Of a stretch of 64,000 nucleotides of DNA, positions 61,052 to 64,000 are shown piece by piece. Each line of letters starts with the position of its first letter. The first letter of the stretch is position 1. The translations under genes and the position numbers were made by a program. The stretch comes from Lama glama (lineage: Eukaryota), in the NCBI GenBank assembly GCA_028534125.1, contig CM052834.1, forward strand, positions 2,542,001 to 2,606,000. Direction: 5' to 3'. The notes below the pieces were generated by a model. It saw nothing but the letters and a program-made list of their open reading frames with translations. It searched no databases and was not told the origin of the DNA.

Positions 61052-64000
61052 TGGGGGGATGGTGAGTATGGATGAATCTCCATCTTCTTTATTTTTAATA
61101 ACTCACATTCCAGGAGCGACTTCCACAGGGTCTGGGGGTTCATGGGAGCCACAGTGAAAGGTCTGGACTGACTGGGAGACCCTGGGGCAGAGCCCTTGTC
61201 CGGGCTGGAGTGCTGTGTTCGGGGAGGTCCTCGCTCTTGCGCAGGGCAAAGAGTCACAGGCAGAGACATCTCTGCAGAGGTTTTCTTTGCTTTGCTCTTT
61301 AAGTTCTGCAGGAAGAGCGTCGGGCTGGGGAACGGAAGAACTAACCTTGGCCCTGCCTGCTCCCTGCTGTGCCGGTTTCTTCATGTACTGAACAGGGATA
61401 ATGAGACCAGCCTGTTCTCCGCAAGGGGAGGGGCGTGGTACACAAGGGTCACGAGGTTCAACGTGCAAGATGCTTTCAGAACCGTGCAGTGCTGGGCTGG
61501 GCTGCAGAGGATGGCTCCTTCCTGTGACAACATCACGTGTTTTCAGCTGCGCCTTCTTGGAACATCACAGACTCACGGGTCTTTTCCGTGTCCTGGTAGG
61601 GGGACTGATCTTGTCACATGTCACCTGTCAGAATCCCAGGGCTGGGCCCCAGACACCCCTCTGTGTCAGAAAGGCAACTGAGGTCCGTACACAACTGCTT
61701 TTTTCTTAGGAGGAGTGACAGTTGTTGGAAGGAGGGGTGGGGATGCGATGGGATGGGTCCAGAACCAGCATCCACGCGGTGGTGAGGCTGGTCCAAGGGG
61801 AGGCCGTGGCTGCCCCGTGACTGTGGGTGAAGGTTACTGGGCCTCTTGGGGTCCCTTTACCCGCCTATAAAAAAAAGTCACGATGTGGTGAGTGATCCAG
61901 CCGTGTACCGGGTTCACCTAAAGTCCTGACAAATACTAGGCTTTTCTTGTTGCAAGGTTCCGTCACATCTGTCTTTGACGCTCGCTTGCTTTTAAAACAC
62001 CTTAATATGGTTGCCACAGGAACACCGGGTAACTTTCAAGTTCATGCCTTTGAAAGGCAAACGCGCTCCAGCTTTTCAACGCCCGCAGCCCCAGGTAAGG
62101 CAGCGGCTGAGCCGCTGTGACAAGATTCTGGTTTCATCCACCAGAACCCAGGTAGCCGCTTCCTCTTTTTAGGAGCTGCTATTGTCAGCGTGCAGGAGAT
62201 CTTTATTAATAGACGAAAGCGTTCGCGCTGCCGGTGGATTTGCTCAGAGGAAGCATGACTGAGGCCAGCCAGGCTCGGCCGCCCCCACCCCCCGCCTCGT
62301 CTGCACTAAGTTTCGGCTGGGATCGTGGTCGTAATTGGGCTGTGGGGCTGCTGTGACTGGGCCGCTTGGAAACACACAAGCCGTGAGTCAGGTAAACTTC
62401 AAGGTGAAGTTATTTTCAGCTGATCGAGTGCGGCATGGAGGCCCAACCGGAGGAGAGGGAATCAGCCCACCAGGCCGCCCGTGCTCTCCGCCGGGGCCCC
62501 CGCCTCTCCCTCTGGAAGCCCAGACTCCCCGTTCCACTCTGGGCAGCCTGCCTCGCTGGTGGAGAGTCCGGCGGACTGGAGGGTTCGACTGGCTCAATTT
62601 GATTCCATTCAGCAAACATTCACTCAGCTCCTACCACCTGCCCACAAAACAAGGACCTTTTTGCTTTTAAGTGATGGCTATTATGTGTTCTTGTTCTAAC
62701 ACATCAAACGATGTGCTGGAAGGCCGCCCTCTTCCCCTTCAACCCCGCCTCCCCCGGTATCCCAGGTGGGTTTGCACTGTACACTCCCAGGGTTTTCCAT
62801 TGCTCCGACAAACATACTCACGTATAGGAACGTTAGCAAAACAAAAATGACATAATACAAATTCTGCAAACCCCTTTTCCCCCTCTTAACCCTGTAACAG
62901 AAGGTTTCCAGGTGAATGCACATAAATCTGGTCCAATTTTGTTCAGTGGCGGCAGATAGTCCCCTACCACAGGGACGGCATGGTGCCTTTAATCATTCTC
63001 CTTCAGATGCACTTTCAGATTCTTTCTAGCTTTTGCTTCCAAAACCTCTTTCAGGGACTGTTTGTGTCTAACACGGGGGCTTCAGGAGCAGACAGACCTG
63101 GGTTTGTATCTCAGCTTTGCCGTGGACGGTGTGACCTTATGGACATTCCCCAAGCTGTTCTAGCTTCGGTGTTGTCGGCTGCAAAATGGGGGCAGTGAGC
63201 AGCCTGAAGTGATGTGAGGATGTCCCGGGATGGTCCACGTCAAGCGTTTGTAAGCAGGGCCTGACGCATGTGCGCGCTCGAGAAACCGCACTGCTCACTG
63301 GTAACTGCGGGTTTGGAAGTCTCCCTCTGTCTTGCAGGTTTCTTACTGCTGTAACTTGAAGCTGGGTCTCCACGGGTGTGGGGCTCTAGGGAGGATGTCA
63401 CTGGAGGATGTGGGTCCAGCTAATGCCACCTCTTCAGTGCCTGCAGATGAGGACGCAGCCTCCTCTGGGGGCGGGGCCTGGGGAAGTCCCTGGGGGGCCC
63501 CTGAGGAGGTGGGTCTCCTGCCTCTGCTCCGTGAGCCGAAAGCCTCTGAGGCTCCTGGTCACCCCAGGCAGACGTGTTGTGTTCAGAGAAGCCGGTGGGG
63601 TCTTGTGCAAGGTCCCTACCCTGCTTCAGCCCTGGTGCCCAGCACCCTGCACTCTGCCACATGGCAGCTGGGGGGCCGTGGCTACTGCCACCTCCTGGGT
63701 GAGTGACCCAAGTCGCTGGCACTTCTCCTTAGGGGCTCTCACCATCCATCTGGGTTTGTCTCTGTTCTCAGTGGTTGCAGCTCTCAAGTACCATAAAGCT
63801 GGTCTTGAACTGTCAGCCCCCTGTGAACTGAGAACACATGGGTCTGGGTATATCCCCCCTGCATCCTACAAACAGGCTTCAGGGCAGAACATTCTCCCAG
63901 CCACACCTGCGCTCACGGCCCCCTGCATCCCAACCAAGGTGTACACGTGGCTTCTTGTAGATCCTCTTCGTCTAGGGTCCGGGGGCCAGTGGGCTTGTCC

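Noticed and set aside
1-64000. The hundreds of 60-270 aa ORFs in the ORF track
   Set aside because: They are expected by chance in GC-rich mammalian DNA, overlap in all frames and show no domains. The real coding sequence lies in short spliced exons.

Overview
Mammalian genomic DNA, very probably camelid: there is a tRNA-Ala-like SINE resembling the camelid Vic-1 type and cetartiodactyl-type L1 3' ends. The left half holds two convergent tetraspanin genes. TSPAN9 (+) has six coding exons at 12038-15918 and a 3'UTR to about 19250; its first coding exon lies upstream of the window. TSPAN11 (-) has five coding exons at 33921-25114. A 500-N scaffold gap (34404-34903) interrupts TSPAN11, and I could not find its N-terminal exons in the 29 kb beyond the gap. 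That side instead carries a CpG-island promoter with a minus-strand first exon and two further splice-bounded exons of a gene I cannot identify, followed by repeat-rich sequence (L1, L2, MIR, LTR, SINE, microsatellites). Almost all ORFs in the track are spurious GC-rich frames. I see no evidence of a novel biological system. The best leads are the probable misjoin and unidentified gene at the gap, a duplicated TSPAN9 splice donor, and a strong bipartite CTCF site. Gene and repeat names come from recalled sequences, not from database searches, and repeat boundaries are approximate.
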